Assembly: GCF_021028975.2 (NCBI RefSeq)
Contig: NC_059430.1
Span: 99,820,001-99,884,000, forward strand
Origin: Sphaerodactylus townsendi
Taxonomy: Eukaryota
Direction: 5' to 3'
DNA: 64,000 nt
Shown: positions 39,333-52,661 of the stretch, in pieces
Position numbering within the stretch: the stretch's first letter is position 1
Layout of the letters: the number at the start of each line of letters is the position of its first letter
The notes under the pieces: generated by a model
The model's database searches: none
Told to the model about the DNA's origin: nothing
Seen by the model: only the letters and a program-made list of their open reading frames with translations
Translations under genes and position numbers: made by a program

Positions 39333-40818
39333 TCCATCAGGAAAACAGTGCCACACTTTGACAGGCATGGTTTACAGTTGTGGAAACAGCTGTGTAGAAG
39401 CAGCCTCAGTTATGAAGCAAAGCAGCCCCATATAAAACCTGTCTCCCTTCTCAAGTCTACAATTGAAAACAAAAAGAGGCAGGTGTGTGTATGAGCTTCT
39501 GCTCAACTGACAACCTGCTTCCTCCTCAGTTACCTTTCTCATGGCAACCAGTGAGTGTCTCTGCTATACATAATTTGGGGTACTTAGGGGGTGAGGGCAG
39601 GGATCCTTAACCTTTTTAAACCTTTGAAATTCTGACCTGCAATAGTGGACGCAACCACAGAAAGTCAGGGAGTGAGGTCGTGCTTAACGCTAATCGTTAC
39701 TATTCAACGTTTCAGGAAGAAGTTCTGTTTCACAGGATGCCTTTTAAAATGAACATAAGATTTAAAAATATTTTCTTGTATACACACAGCTTACCTTCAA
39801 ACCCACAATGAGTGTGCTGCAAAGTTCCTGAAGCAACTTAAAAAAAACCCACTTCTGTAGCCAATCAGACTCCCTGCTAGGTAAAAGCCCTACCTGATCT
39901 CATCCACTGTCTAAAATCACACGGTGGGTGTTGGGAAAGGTTTCAACAGGAACCATTTGGGAGACCCCTGTATTAGGGGGGACAGCCAGTGGGTCTCCAT
40001 GGGCCTTCTGAGCAAACAGGGATGAAATTGTGCTCCTAAGATCCATTCTTACGGCACAATTCATATTTGTAAGCAAAATCAGCTGCATCTTGGAAAAGGG
40101 GCTGTTCTTGGCTGTGGTACCACACAGTTGCCAGGTTTTTGTTGTTGTTGTTTTTGGCAACCCTGCTCCTGTGCCTTTATGGCAGCTTTATCAGCAGACA
40201 TGAGCAAGGCACAATAACCTGTTCGAGGTGGTTGAAACCTCCACCATAGGAAGTGAGGAATGGTGCACAGTTTGCATTAGTCAATCTCACTGACAATCAC
40301 TCATGTGCCGAATTATGACCAGAAACTTCCATGTTGTTTCCCTGGATTTATTCCTTCCTTCACCCACAGCCTCTTGCAAGATGGTATGGAACCGTATCAG
40401 CAGACCGGAAATTCCTCTTTTGTCCCATTCCACAATGCCTCTGTTATAGCCTGAACCTCTTTGCCAGATCCTGCCTCACTTCACTCTTTGAACTGGCAAG
40501 AATCAAAATATACATTATGATTATTCACACCTAGCGATGGGATTCTCCTTACCTGACATTCAGTGAGTGACGACAGGTGAGCTGGAATTCATTTCCCCAG
40601 TTTGTGAGCATCTTGATTCAGATTGGGACTGTGGTTCAAGAGAAGACATGGGGGTTGGCCTCTCCAAGCCCCATTTCCCTGACCTGAAACAGCCCCAGCA
40701 GGTTGTTTATCCATGGGGCGGATGTGGGGACTGACTGTTCCCCCTTTCCCCAGGCTGAAAGAGAAGGGTGGGTATCATATAGGTCTGATACATGTCATTT
40801 TATTTGCTGAATTTTAAA

Positions 40819-40870
40819 ACAAGGTAATCCCAAGGTATGTGACACAAGGTAATCCCAAGGTATGTGACAC
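40819..40870 (+). repeat. 25-bp tandem duplication
   Basis: acaaggtaatcccaaggtatgtgac twice. Confidence 0.9.
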
Positions 40871-40894
40871 CACCGTGTGATTTTAGACAGACTC

Positions 40895-41265
40895 AGAAGG
40901 GTGTGGTGTAGTGGTTAAGAGCAGGTGGATTCCAATCTGGAGAACCGGGTTTGATTTTCCACTCCACCACCTGAGCGGCGGAGGTTTATCTGGTGAACCA
41001 GATGTGTTTCCACACTCCTACACTCCTGCTGGGTGACGTTGGGCTAGTCACAGTTCTTCGGAACTCTCTCAGCCCTACCTACCTCACAAGGTGTCTGTTG
41101 TGGGGAGAGGAAGGGAAAGGAGCTTGTAAACCAACTTGAGTCTCCTTACAGGAGAAAAATGGTGGGATATAACTCCAAACTCCTACCCCTCCCTCCCTCC
41201 CTCCCTCCCTCCCCTTCTTCTTCTTCTTCTTCTTCTTCTTCTTCTTCTTCTTCTTCTTCTTCTTC
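40895..41265 (+). mobile_element. Squam3-like SINE with an expanded (CCCT)n(CTT)n tail
   Basis: A/B-box head, core and microsatellite tail. Confidence 0.85.
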
Positions 41266-42174
41266 ATTGCATGCATCTGTAATAAGTTTTTCTCACTTGG
41301 TGCCTGCAAATCGGGGATCTATGTTATCTGAATTCTCCTCAACTCCCCTTTTATCATGCTCAAATATATTATGTGTGCGTGTGTGTGCGTGGAAGGGGTG
41401 TATTTCTTTTGCCCTTTAAACAGCTACTTCCAGTATCTGAAATCTTGAGGATCCTTCAGATTCCACATTCACAATAGCCTTGATTCTGACATTGTGAATC
41501 AGAGTGCTTTGGAGCCACCATATTTCTGCAGTGGCGGCTCATGCTTTTACTTACCTGTCTCTGAAATGTGATGACATTACTTTGCCAATCAGTGCTCTTT
41601 GATGGAGTCGGTTTGTTCACAGTCGAACTCGTGCCTTGCTTTCACTTACTCAAAATTTACTGTGAGACATCTTATCAGCAGCTAGTAGGGACACACTTTC
41701 AAAATCTTCTAAATGCAGTTTCAAAAATTTCTTTTCTTTGTCTTTGTCTCAGCCAATGGATAGCTACCCCATAGGATTTTCAAGGCAAGAGACACTTGGA
41801 TGGTTTGCCATTGCCTTTCTCTGGGTTGCAACCCTGGACTTATTTGGTGGTCTCCTATCCTGCTTATCTTCTGACATTTGGTGAGATCAGGCTAGCCTGG
41901 ACCATCCAGGTCAGGACATTTGTTTTATTTCTACATTTTAAAAAGTCAACTGACTCCCCCAGACAATTGTTGGCACAATCCCAATTTACCCTTTTCTTAT
42001 CCGTGCAGCTGATTTTTTTTCTCCCACACTATGGGAAGCTTCGGGACCAACTTTACTCATAAACAAGCCTCATTTTATTGAATGGGGCTTACTCCCAGGA
42101 AAGTGTTTTTAGGATTGCATCTTCACCTGCTAATTCTAGCAGACCAAGAAGCTATTCAAGGCACAGAAACGGGG

Positions 42175-42310
42175 CAGTGGTGGGATTCAGCCAGTTTGCA
42201 GCACTTCGGCAGAACCGGTTGTTAAAATGGTGCTTGTAAACAACTAGTTGTTAAATTATTTGAATTTCACTACCGGAACCGGTTGTTAAATTATTTGAAT
42301 CCCACCACTG
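42175..42310. mobile_element. Short hAT MITE with CAGTGGTGGGATTC TIRs; related copy near 38562-38733
   Basis: TIRs cagtggtgggattca / tgaatcccaccactg; imperfect TSD aaacgggg/gaatgggg. Confidence 0.75.
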
Positions 42311-42811
42311 GAATGGGGCCATTTGTTTCTGGTCAGTTAGCAACCCTTTCCAGAGCCCTGCTTTTATCATTTCTTTCTGGGTGACACCCAATTAGAAACT
42401 TCTGAAGGATGGTTAAAAATGTTTTCATACCCGGAGCAGCGTGAAAAGCAATTTGTCGTGCTGATTTTATTGTCTTTTTAATGGATTATTAATTTTCTTC
42501 AGTTTTGAGGATATTGTTTTTATTTTTATTCAGGGTCCATTAAGTATGAAGACAGTGGAATTGGAAAAAAAACCCTAACAAATAATAAAGCATGCATTTG
42601 GAAGGGAGAGCAGACAGGCAAAGTTAGAGTTTCAGCCTTCAACTCTTGCCCAGTACAAAGAGCATGATTCGCCAGCTGAATGCTTCCCAAAAACTTCATT
42701 TTACAAAGCAAAATTGGAAGTAAGCAGAATTCTGAGGTAACCTAAAAAAATTAATCGATTCAGTATTTAAATGCCCCTGAAGGCCCTATGTATTCCTCCT
42801 AGAGTAGATGT

Positions 42812-43278
42812 CAGCGTTTTCCGCATGGACCATATAGCCTGGGATAAGGAGGTGAAACATTCCAGTTTGGCCATGACTTCTGCATGGCTTCCGGGTCTAA
42901 CTTGCCCCCGCTCCACAAGATTTCCCTTATCCTGGGGTTTCCAAAAAACTATACATTGGCAGTTGTTGTTTTTAAAAAACCCCCACACTGTTCCTGCTCC
43001 CATGTAAACACCGTGGAAGACAGACCGGTTTATTTTTCCCGCCTTGCTGCCTGCAGCCAATCAGAACGACAGAAAAACAGGACAGTTTGTGCATGCATGG
43101 CAACATTGGCGAGGAAAATGAAACTAAATCGGGGATGTGCATAATCACCTGGAGTTATTCCTCCCAGCCTGAACACGCTGACGGGCTGCCATGCGAAGGG
43201 AGAAACTGATATACAAACATCCCGGTATGTATGATCCCGGTTTTCCCCTGGGATATTATATCCATCCGGAAAACGCCG
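42812..43278. mobile_element. Probable non-autonomous DNA transposon with TIRs
   Basis: gcgttttccgcatggac on the left is the near-inverse of tccatccggaaaacgc on the right. Confidence 0.5.
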
Positions 43279-45245
43279 TCCAGTTCTATTTCTGGATGCT
43301 TCGCTACTCAGACTTTGACTCCACTGCTGCAAGAGATAGGGGCTTCTACGTCAAATGTGGCTCCTGTACATGCAGATAAGCATCAGGCTAACCCCCTGAG
43401 GGTCTGATCTCTATTCTGTGATATAAATATCCACAACTTCCCTCCTGACTACGCAAAACCTCTCACAGGTCACAACTGAGGCCAGGACATGCACTTTGAA
43501 GTCCAGTTGATTTTTAACAAGATGGATAAGCAAGCTCTGCCTTTGAAATCAAAGACTTTTAAAGCCTTTAATGTGGGATTGACCTGGCCTGGAATATTTA
43601 GTATCTGTGGACAAAAGTGATCAAAGAGAATCTTCTTGATGGTTGGAGGAAGAGATCGGAGCTTGACGAGGGGGAGGGGATTCCATGTCAAAGCCTTTTG
43701 AAACACACACCTTTACTCATATTCAGGATCTGCTCTGTGATGTTGACACTCAAGTGCCCAGTTCTGCAACCTTTTTGCAAGTTTCCGCCCTTCCCAGTCT
43801 CTCATCTTTCCTACTAGTTTCAAGCATTCTGGGTCCCACCTGAGCCCCACTGTACCACTGACAGTTCATTGCAAACAGGGCTGGTGAAGGAGAGCGTCCC
43901 AAAGAATTGTGCTGTAGGATTCCAATGACTGCATTCATAAATAGGTTGCCAACTATCTTTCCGATTCCCCCTGTTCTTAGACTGAGCTCTTGAGCAATAA
44001 AACCATCAAACTTGAATAAGACCCATATCTAAAAACATCTCTCTTCAATGCTTCTCTGCAGCTTCTAAAAATGAGCAACAAAATAAGAACATTGAAGGTC
44101 AGAGTCCTCTAGGAGGAACTGAACCTTTTGCTCTGAAGTTGCCTGAGAAAATGTGGACAGTTTTATTAAAGCATGACATAATCTTGGGGTTGCCGACAGA
44201 CCTGGAGGAGCAACATTTCAACAGTTCTTAACATTCTTTAGTCTTTAAATGCAGTGTGTGGAAACAGACAGCTAGGCTTTGCATGGCATGGAGGTCAACC
44301 ACATCACCTGGGAAATAACTTCCCCCTTAAGCCGCTATTCAAGAGGCAAGGTAGCTTTTCTCCAGGCCTGTTGGCAACTCTAATTATAACTCATCTCCAA
44401 ATCGAATTAGAAGCACAGCATTTAAAACAAGGCGCTGCCCCCTCCTGATCATCCTTTCCATTCATTATCCAACTCGCTCCCTCTTTTGGATGTTTGTTCC
44501 TTTTTAAGACAGTCACTCAAAATGACTGTTTGCACACCCTCATCATAACATAATGATCTGCTTGCTCAGCTATGCAAATTAGGTTACAAACATGCCCAGC
44601 ACCAACAGCTGGGAGAGGCAGGCATGAACATCTGGGCTCACTCTCATCCCAGCCCTTCTGTAAGCATTCCTCAGCCTGGAACTGTGCAAGGTGAGTCTCC
44701 AAGTTCATTGGTGGAGCAAGAAACCCCTGGGCCTGCATCTTAGACACCCAAATGAGCTACGTATGACTCTGCATGTGACCAGGAAACCAAGCTGTTTTCA
44801 GACACAGAAGGAAACTAGAGCAGTGCAGTATTGGCCATGGCAACTGGTGGGCAGGATGAAGTATCTGGATGGCCCAGCCTGTTATAAAGATCAGGAGTCT
44901 TGTGCCTTGTTTGGCAGGACCAGCCACTTCTGCTACTTGGATTTTGACTAGAACTAGGATGGCCCAGGCTAACCTGAGCACAGTAAGAGGCACTCTGGGT
45001 ATTCACTCGACTCACCTTTCCACAAGACTGAATGAAGCAAACTTTCCTAACAGATCTTGGGTTTCAGCAAGACGAAACAACCTTTCCCCCTCTTTTCCTT
45101 GATTTCGTTCCCTCTTTCCACACTTTTCTCATTCATTTCTCTCTCCCCACCTCATTTTTCCATGTCTCCCAACTTTATTTTCAATTCTTGGTCTCAAATT
45201 CTTCTCATCCCTATCTTTCATGGCAACTTAGAAGGTACATAACAG

Positions 45246-45426
45246 CAGAGGTGTAGCAAGGGGGAAAAGCACTCAGCACATTGGTGTGTCCTCCGCCCCT
45301 GTCCCGCCCTGTAATGCCCACGCCCTGCAACACCCACGCCTACACACACCGCCACGACCTCACCACACCCCCACAGGGGCGCACACCCAGTGCATCACCC
45401 CCCATTCCCCTGGAGCTACGCCTCTG
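45246..45426. mobile_element. hAT-type MITE
   Basis: TIRs CAGAGGTGTAGC / GCTACGCCTCTG; exact TSD CATAACAG. Confidence 0.85.
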
Positions 45427-48400
45427 CATAACAGTAGTATAGTAGCAAACCTTTGTTAATAATATGAACAGAAGTGCAGGAGTATATATTTCCCCATGAG
45501 CTAACAAAAAAGTGAAAGGATGCTTCCCCTTTCCTTCCCCTTTTACATGCATGGTAAAGGTACATTAACCATATTAGTGCTTATACATGTGGAACCGATG
45601 TTAGAACTCCCAAATCAGGCACTGGGTGGTTATCATTATTATTGTGTTGGCAGGAGTTTTAATAAGCTCTTTGTAAAGGCTGCTTTGCTGTACAACACAT
45701 CATTTTAATATCAGAACAATCAGTCTCAGTGATTCCAGTACTTCTTATCCAGCACCCAGTTCATCCCTGCTTTTGTGCTAGGTAAAATCACAAAGGTAAA
45801 CTGAAATGGATTTTTTACTGATCTACTTACTAAATACTTATTCTGATGTGAAGTTTTTATGAACTAGAGCCCACTTCATCAGATGAAAGCAGTGTGTCCT
45901 ATAGTGGCAGACATGTATAAGTGTGTGAACATTTTGTTTAAAAAAATGCAAAATTAAACTCACGGCTATATGGAGTAACATTGAGAGGCACAGGCTGTGT
46001 AAATGGAGTGGATGTGGAGGACAGTTTGCCTGGGAATTGGGAGAAAAACCGATGCTCCTTCTTTTACATGTCTGACAGCTTGTATGCATATAAGGGGGAT
46101 GTGGAATGCTACAGCCTGATCTCGTTAGATCTGGGAAACTAAGCTGAGTCAGTACTTGGAAGGGAGACCCCCAAGGAAGACTCTGCAGAGGAAGGCAATG
46201 GGAAAACACCTCTGCATAATCACCTCTGCTTAATACCTCTGCTTGCCTTGAAAACCCCACGGGGTCACTGTAAGTCAACTGCAACTTGACAGCACTTTAC
46301 ATACACACACGCGCACACACACACACAGATACCAGGGGTCTGCCCTGATTTCTGTGATCACAATATTTAACAGTAGGTTGAGTACTGAATTATCAGTTCT
46401 GCCACCTAACAAAAGGATTGCAGGAATACTTGACGAAATAACAGCAATAGTTGGCATCCTTTTTTTTTTTTACAAGCTGTAGGCAAAGTTAGATTTATAA
46501 CAAATTTTATACCAGTTTTTCTCCCAAATCAGGACACACGGCTGCATTATTCTCTTGTCCTCCATTTATCCTCATAACAACCAAAGATCACAACATGCAA
46601 GATAAGAGAGAGGCTGACCTGGTTCAAGGCAATTTGTCACTCCAACCAGAACATGGCTGACCTGGAGCGAGTGGAGTCCATGCAGGGGATACAGGGAAAT
46701 ATAGGCCTACACCAGATCGCAGACAGCGCCTCCACAAGGGCAAAGTGGTCAGGGGAAATGTGAGTTTGCACATTTCTTTCATATTCCACAAGGAACAGGG
46801 CTAGAGGCTTTTAAAATGTATGCTCAAAATTAGTACGCAGTTGCAATAGATTGCTGCAGCACAAGAACATTATCATAATCTGTCAAAAACTAACGTTTTT
46901 TAAAAAGAAGTGTGAAAAAGGAGGAAATGACAACCGTGGGTGTTGGGGCAAGGGACATGACTTCTCTTTTTCCACCTCGCACAACAACCCATTTTCTGGT
47001 TCCTGCTGGCTCCTGAAGGGGTGGATTGATGCAGCTGGCTGCTTTCCTGGGGTTCAAAAGCTCTCTGCCTGGAAGTCGCCAAAACAGAGGGAATTAGGCT
47101 CTGCCCCCACCCCACCTTAGTTTCTGCTGCGTTAAGCAGGATTTCACAGTATGTTGGGCTGGTTTGATGGATGCTGCAAGCCAGAAGACCCCGCTCCCCG
47201 TCCCCCACAGGTCATGGAGCACAGCTGACATAGCAAAGGCATTTTTTTTTATCGTCCAAGCTGTGTGCCTTTGGCACTTATGAGCTGGTGCAGGCTGGGA
47301 GACAGTACAAAGCCAGAAACTGGGAGATGGTGGGTATAGTTCCCTAGCAAGCTGTTGTGGACAAGCCCCACAAAAGTGAACTAGACTTGCTCAGAATCGG
47401 GTCATAGAAAATTGAGCACCATGAGAGACAGAGAGCAGTGCTTGACTCACTATTTAGTTTTCCTGTCAGGAGAATTCAGTCTCACCTCTGCCGGGGACTA
47501 GCTGGGCAACATTAAAGCCATGCTCTTTTAGGAGGTCTGGCTCAGCCAGGCTGGAGAATGAGATGGGAATGAGATGGCAGATATGTGAGCTGGTAGAAGG
47601 AGGCTGCAATCTGTGGGAGGCAGATTCCAGCTTGGGAAGTTCTTTCACATGCAAAAATCCCTGCAAGCAGAACATTAGCTCTGTAGGGAGGAAGTTCCTA
47701 GCCCCTTTCTCTCTGCTTAGCAGCAGATTTTTCTATGCACAGTGAGTTCTAGACATAGCTGAGTGTTCTGAAATAGGACCTGGAGAGAAAGTAGGCTATA
47801 AATCTGAAATGGGTGTATCAAGCAGAAGCTCAGCTGCTACAGCAGAAGCAAAACTTAAATTGTCTGAGCACCCTGCTGGAAGAAACCAACTATCCTCTCT
47901 TGGCATAGAACTGGCTCCTTAGCGTTTTTGGATAGTGCTGAAAGGGATACATTAATTGCTGAAGTACAGAAAAAGGAATGGTGTAAATACAAGAATAAAG
48001 AATGGTCAGTTTAGTCAAATTGGGATCTGGGAGGCCTGGGGCTCAAATCCCCCTCTGCTACAAAGGTCAATGGATGAACTTGGGTTCCTTCCTGCATTTT
48101 ACCCCCCCTCCTTCCCCCCCACACAAAATTTAGACTGAGAATGACTGTCCCAAGGTCACCTGGCAGAGTGGGTCTGTAAATCCAGATGTCCCAAATCCTA
48201 GACCGATACTCTAACCACTATAACATACTAGTTCTCGTTTGGGAGCCCAGCCTACCTTGTGAGGGTGTTGTGAGGAGAAAACAGGAAAAGGGGGAGCATG
48301 TATGCTTCCCTGAACTCCCTGGAGGAACATTACAATTTTTAAAAAAATAGATCGAATGTAAAGTTTTTGAGGACAAATGGTCTACCTTTACCTGATTTTG

Positions 48401-50047
48401 GAAATATGGACACATTCATTTGCAGACATGCACAGATTTAGTCACCCTGCGAGCTTTAATTATTGAATTGACTCTCTTTGATAAGGCTGGACTCCCTGTT
48501 TCGTTTTGAGACAAAGCAAGTTAGGAAATGGCCCCGTGCTGGGCAGCCTGGTTCTTCTTTCCTTCCTCACGTGCCGCTGTCCTCCTTATATTGATCTTAT
48601 TTTCCCATTCCTCAGCTGCCTTTCTGTACTCTCAATGGGGCCCCCAAGGAGGTTCGCCACTCTTTAATACAATTGGAATCGAAAACATTGTGAAGCACAA
48701 TTAAAATGAAACCACTAAAACACCAGCAGGCAAAACCTTTCCTGGTGAGAGTGTGAGGAACGCTTACAACTTTAATGCTGAAAGAAGGAATAAGCCAGAA
48801 ACCGCACTGAATGCCTTTTCTCTGATTGCTTTTCCTGGGGGTGATTTTTTTTTTCCACGGCAACGTGAAAGAAGGGCTGCGGAACTGAAGAAGAACTGAT
48901 TAACTCATTCTCTTCTGGGTCGTTTCCTTATCCAAAACATCCCCCCCCCTCCTCCCCTGCTTGGTGGTCCCTACTGCTTTTTTTCCTAACGGATTGAAGA
49001 AATTAAGCCAGGGAAGATCTAGCAACAGGAGAGGAAAGAAGCCATCTGCCTGTCTCACGCATACTGGCCATTTGCTCACAGGGAATACGACTGCCTGTTG
49101 GCTTGGTGAAAAATGACCCATCCGTTTTAAGAGAGGCTCAGTGGGTGGTAATAGGCACATGAAACTTTTCAAGGCACGGAGGTCAATCACATCGCTTGGT
49201 AAAGAACAGCCTATTAGGCCTTTATTAAAAAGAGCAGATCGGGGTTTTTTTTCTCCCAGACTACTTGTGAAGTCTGCAGTTTTTAAAAGAAGGGAATGGC
49301 CTGATCAGAGAAAAACTGTGCAAAAATGTTGAAGAAACAGATAGAAACTAAAAACAACTCACGTATGTATAGGATTATGTACAGGATGCAGACCAGCCAT
49401 GCGCAGTCAGGAAGGTGGGAAACACCCCGTCTACACCAAGTTTTCCTCTTCTTGAGACTTCTTCCCATGTCACAAGACCTGGAGTGGGCCTTATCCACTC
49501 CCTTTAACTCAGGCAATGAGGAAACTTCTTCCTCTCTAGTACATGTTATCCAACCCTTCTTCATAAAGCGCTCAAGGTAACATGCATTATTCTCCCTTCC
49601 TCATTTTATACTTGCAATAATCCTCTAAGTTAAGTTAGGTGGAGTGAGAGCGATTGGCATAAACTGAGCTTCATGACTGACGAGGTCAGGAAAGTTCCCA
49701 CGCTTCTGTCTTCCACAAATGGTGCAAAACAGAGTTGTTTGGTAGGGCACTTTTTAAAGGGCAATAGTATAACAGAATGGTTCAGGAAGACTCTTATAAA
49801 AGGGCTGTAGTCTCTGCCATGGTACATTCATTCTAAGCATTATCCTGCTCTTACTGCATTGTTTTCTATTTTTGTAATCCCATGTTTGGTATCACTTGAC
49901 ATGTCATGTTGGATACTTTTTTTTGTAGTTTCTAACTTTCAAAATCTGAGTCCTTTTAACATTGCCTATTAGCTCTCTTGTGCTATTCAATTACACTATT
50001 TTAGACCAGGGAATCTGCCTTGAGTCCCAGTGAGAAAGGAAAATAAA

Positions 50048-50052
<5 letters not shown>

Positions 50053-50108
<56 letters not shown>
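50053..50108 (+). repeat. (GA)n microsatellite
   Basis: Directly visible. Confidence 0.97.
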
Positions 50109-50111
<3 letters not shown>

Positions 50112-52071
50112 TGTGCTCAGTTCTTCCAATCATAATCCAGCACCCCACTCACTACAACACTCCGGCTCCAGCACTGACTTCCGACCTAGCAAAACAGAGA
50201 AATTCAGATTGGGGCATCCCAAACTCCCAAACTCACTGTCTCTCCTTTGCTCCCTTGGCTTCATAGTAAACTTGCTCGGGTTGGTGCTTTCATTTCACAG
50301 ATAACTGGTTTGGCCAGATATTTCCAGCACGTTATTATCAAAACCTGTTCAGCACTCTGGACAGAGGCATTAAAACTTCATAGGATGGAAAGGTCTTTTT
50401 CTTTGGCTGAAGCAAACCTGGAAACCTGCCAAAAACACCAGAGGGAAGGGTTCCGACAACACCCCTGGGGGCATTTATGCAAAGTCTTCATGGAACATAA
50501 ATATCTGGAAGCCGTCCACTTTCCCAGCAGAATAGGCCAAAAGAAAATCTGCAATCTCCAAAGCACAGAGACAAGGACTTTGAACCGACTAGCTGAGCAT
50601 TGTCACATGCAAAAATCCTTTTAAAAAAAAAAACTAATTCAGATTTGGTACCATAGTTGTGTCCAGCAGATTAGTAATTCCCAAACTGTGTGCTGAGAGA
50701 ACTATTTTTTCTAATCAACAATTTCTGAGAACCTAAACTACCTACCACCAGAGGAGTCTGACTGCTTTATCCCTGCATGATATCACGGGTCTGAATTTAA
50801 CCCCTAATTTGCCTCAGCTGGGTGTCTGCTGCTACAATGAATGTGATCAGATCAAATATCCATCACTAGTTCAAAGATTTAGTCTTAGAAGATTTGCCAC
50901 TGTGTCTCTGCATGAGTGACTGTTCTGGCCTACTTCCTTCTAGTCAGGAGGTCTACCCAGAACAGGAATGGGATTTTTACTCTTCCCTGCTAAATGTTTT
51001 GGGACTATACAAGCAAAAGGTACCACCAATTTTAACTAAAAGTAAGCAGACTCACAAATTGGTGGGTGGAAATGCCTCAATCTCAGAATAAATGTTATTA
51101 AGAAAAACAAAACCAGCAAGACATGACACACAGAGAGAGAGAGAGACCAATAGGCGTTGCAGGATTAACTGTCTGCCTGTGCTGTAGGCCATTGTGACCA
51201 GGAAATAATTTATTCATTGGAAATATTTTGCATGTGTTTGTACCTGAAATGAGCACATCTTGCACTTGGCTGCCAAATGTGAGTAGACCCAGGACCATTT
51301 TATACCTTGTGCCGAATCAAATGGCACAGCTTGTGCTGAACTGTAAGAAAGTAAATTTTGGGCATCTATGACTGAATGTTTGCTCAGGGGATAAAACTAT
51401 TTGTTTTTGTTTGTTAACTATTGTAATGGCTTCATCCATTATGCTTAGATGCATTTGGCTTGAGAATCTTCTGAAGTTATACTTTTGGGCTAGATGGCTT
51501 GTTACCTTCTGCATATAATTGTTGTGGCTGAAGAAGGCTAAGGTCAAAAGTGTTTAACTTACCTGGCTTAGCACTACTAATTGATGTTTACAGGTGGCCA
51601 GCTTATCTCCTGACATGCATCCAGCTGAACATTTGGCAACTGAAGTACTTCCAACTTTTGATATTTGTTCGTTCTTATGCATGGCCAATTTTGATCTGGT
51701 ATCCAGGTGAGATCTGGCAACTGGAGTTCTTCAAGACTTTATCATCAGGGCAACAAGCAGCATACTGTTTGGATATTCAAATGTTATTGATGAAGGACAA
51801 GCATTCATTTCACCTCAGTCGATTTAATTATTGCAGGTCTGCTTAATTCTTACTACTAATTTGCAAGGATTCTACTGAAGGGATATTACCAGTATTCACA
51901 CAGAGACTCATGTCTTTCGTATATATTTTGGGATCCCTTTTCTGTCTGTTAATGTTGTCCATGTATTTTGATATTTGGGCTGTCAGATATAGTGCTTTTC
52001 ATTATTTCTATTTAAAGGTTATGGTTTTATTGCTTTTTTTTTGAGCCAGGCATACTGACTGCTGTATTAGA

Positions 52072-52661
52072 GACAGCCAGCACGGTGTAGTGGTTAACAG
52101 CAGTGCACTCTAATCTGGAGAACTGGGTTTGAGTCTTCATTTCTCCATGGGTGGTGGACTCTTATAGGGGAACTGGATTTGTTTCCCCATTCCTACACAT
52201 TAAGTCTGCTAGGTGACCTTGAGCTAGTAACAGTTCTCTCAGCTCCTCCTACCTCATAAGGTGTCTATTGGGAGAGGGGAAGGGACAGTGAGTGGAAGCT
52301 GGGTTGAGACTCCTTAGTTGAGAAAAGTGGGGTATAAACCCAAACTCCTCTTGAGAGTCAGTGTGGTAAAGTGGTTAAGAGCAGGTGGACTCTAATCTGA
52401 AGAACTGAGTTTGATTCCTCACTCCTCCACCTGAGCGGCAGAGCCTTACCTGGTGAACCAGTGAAATAGATTTGTTTCCCCACTCCTACATTCCCGCCGG
52501 GTGACCCTGGGCTACTCACAGTTCTTCCAAACTTTCCCAGCCCCACCTACCTCAGGAGGTATCAGTAGTGGGGAGAGGAAGGGAAAGGAGTTTGTAAACC
52601 CCTTTGAGTCTCCTTACAGGAGAGAAAGGGGGTGGTATAAATCCAAACTCTGCTTCTGCTT
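52072..52661 (+). mobile_element. Two adjacent head-to-tail Squam3-like SINEs (52072-52352 and 52353-52661)
   Basis: The second head (gagagtcagtgtggtaaagtggttaagagc) starts immediately after the first tail. Confidence 0.85.

Noticed and set aside
40370-40585. LARWYG...ELA...SVSDDR*A resembling HCRTR exon 3
   Set aside because: Motif spacing does not fit the real exon, and the position conflicts with the exon 1-2 candidates at 47.3 kb.
43191-43379. 62-aa ORF with a CxxCxC-like end
   Set aside because: It begins inside a TIR-bounded element (42812-43278) and has no recognisable homology.
49040-49270. gccatctgc and acccatccgttttaagag resembling AICHPLLFKS
   Set aside because: Most of this region looks like a Blackjack-type MITE related to ~44187-44380.
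50301-50440. cag|ITG...LAEAN..KPAK resembling HCRTR exon 5 (IPG...LAEVK...KTAK), within a 125-aa ORF
   Set aside because: It lies upstream of the exon-4 candidate, so the order conflicts, and no TM6 follows. At least one of the two matches is chance.
50948-50978. VYPEQEWDF resembling HCRTR exon 1 (LYPKQYEWVL)
   Set aside because: A short isolated match adjacent to a different candidate, illustrating the chance-match rate of by-eye searching.
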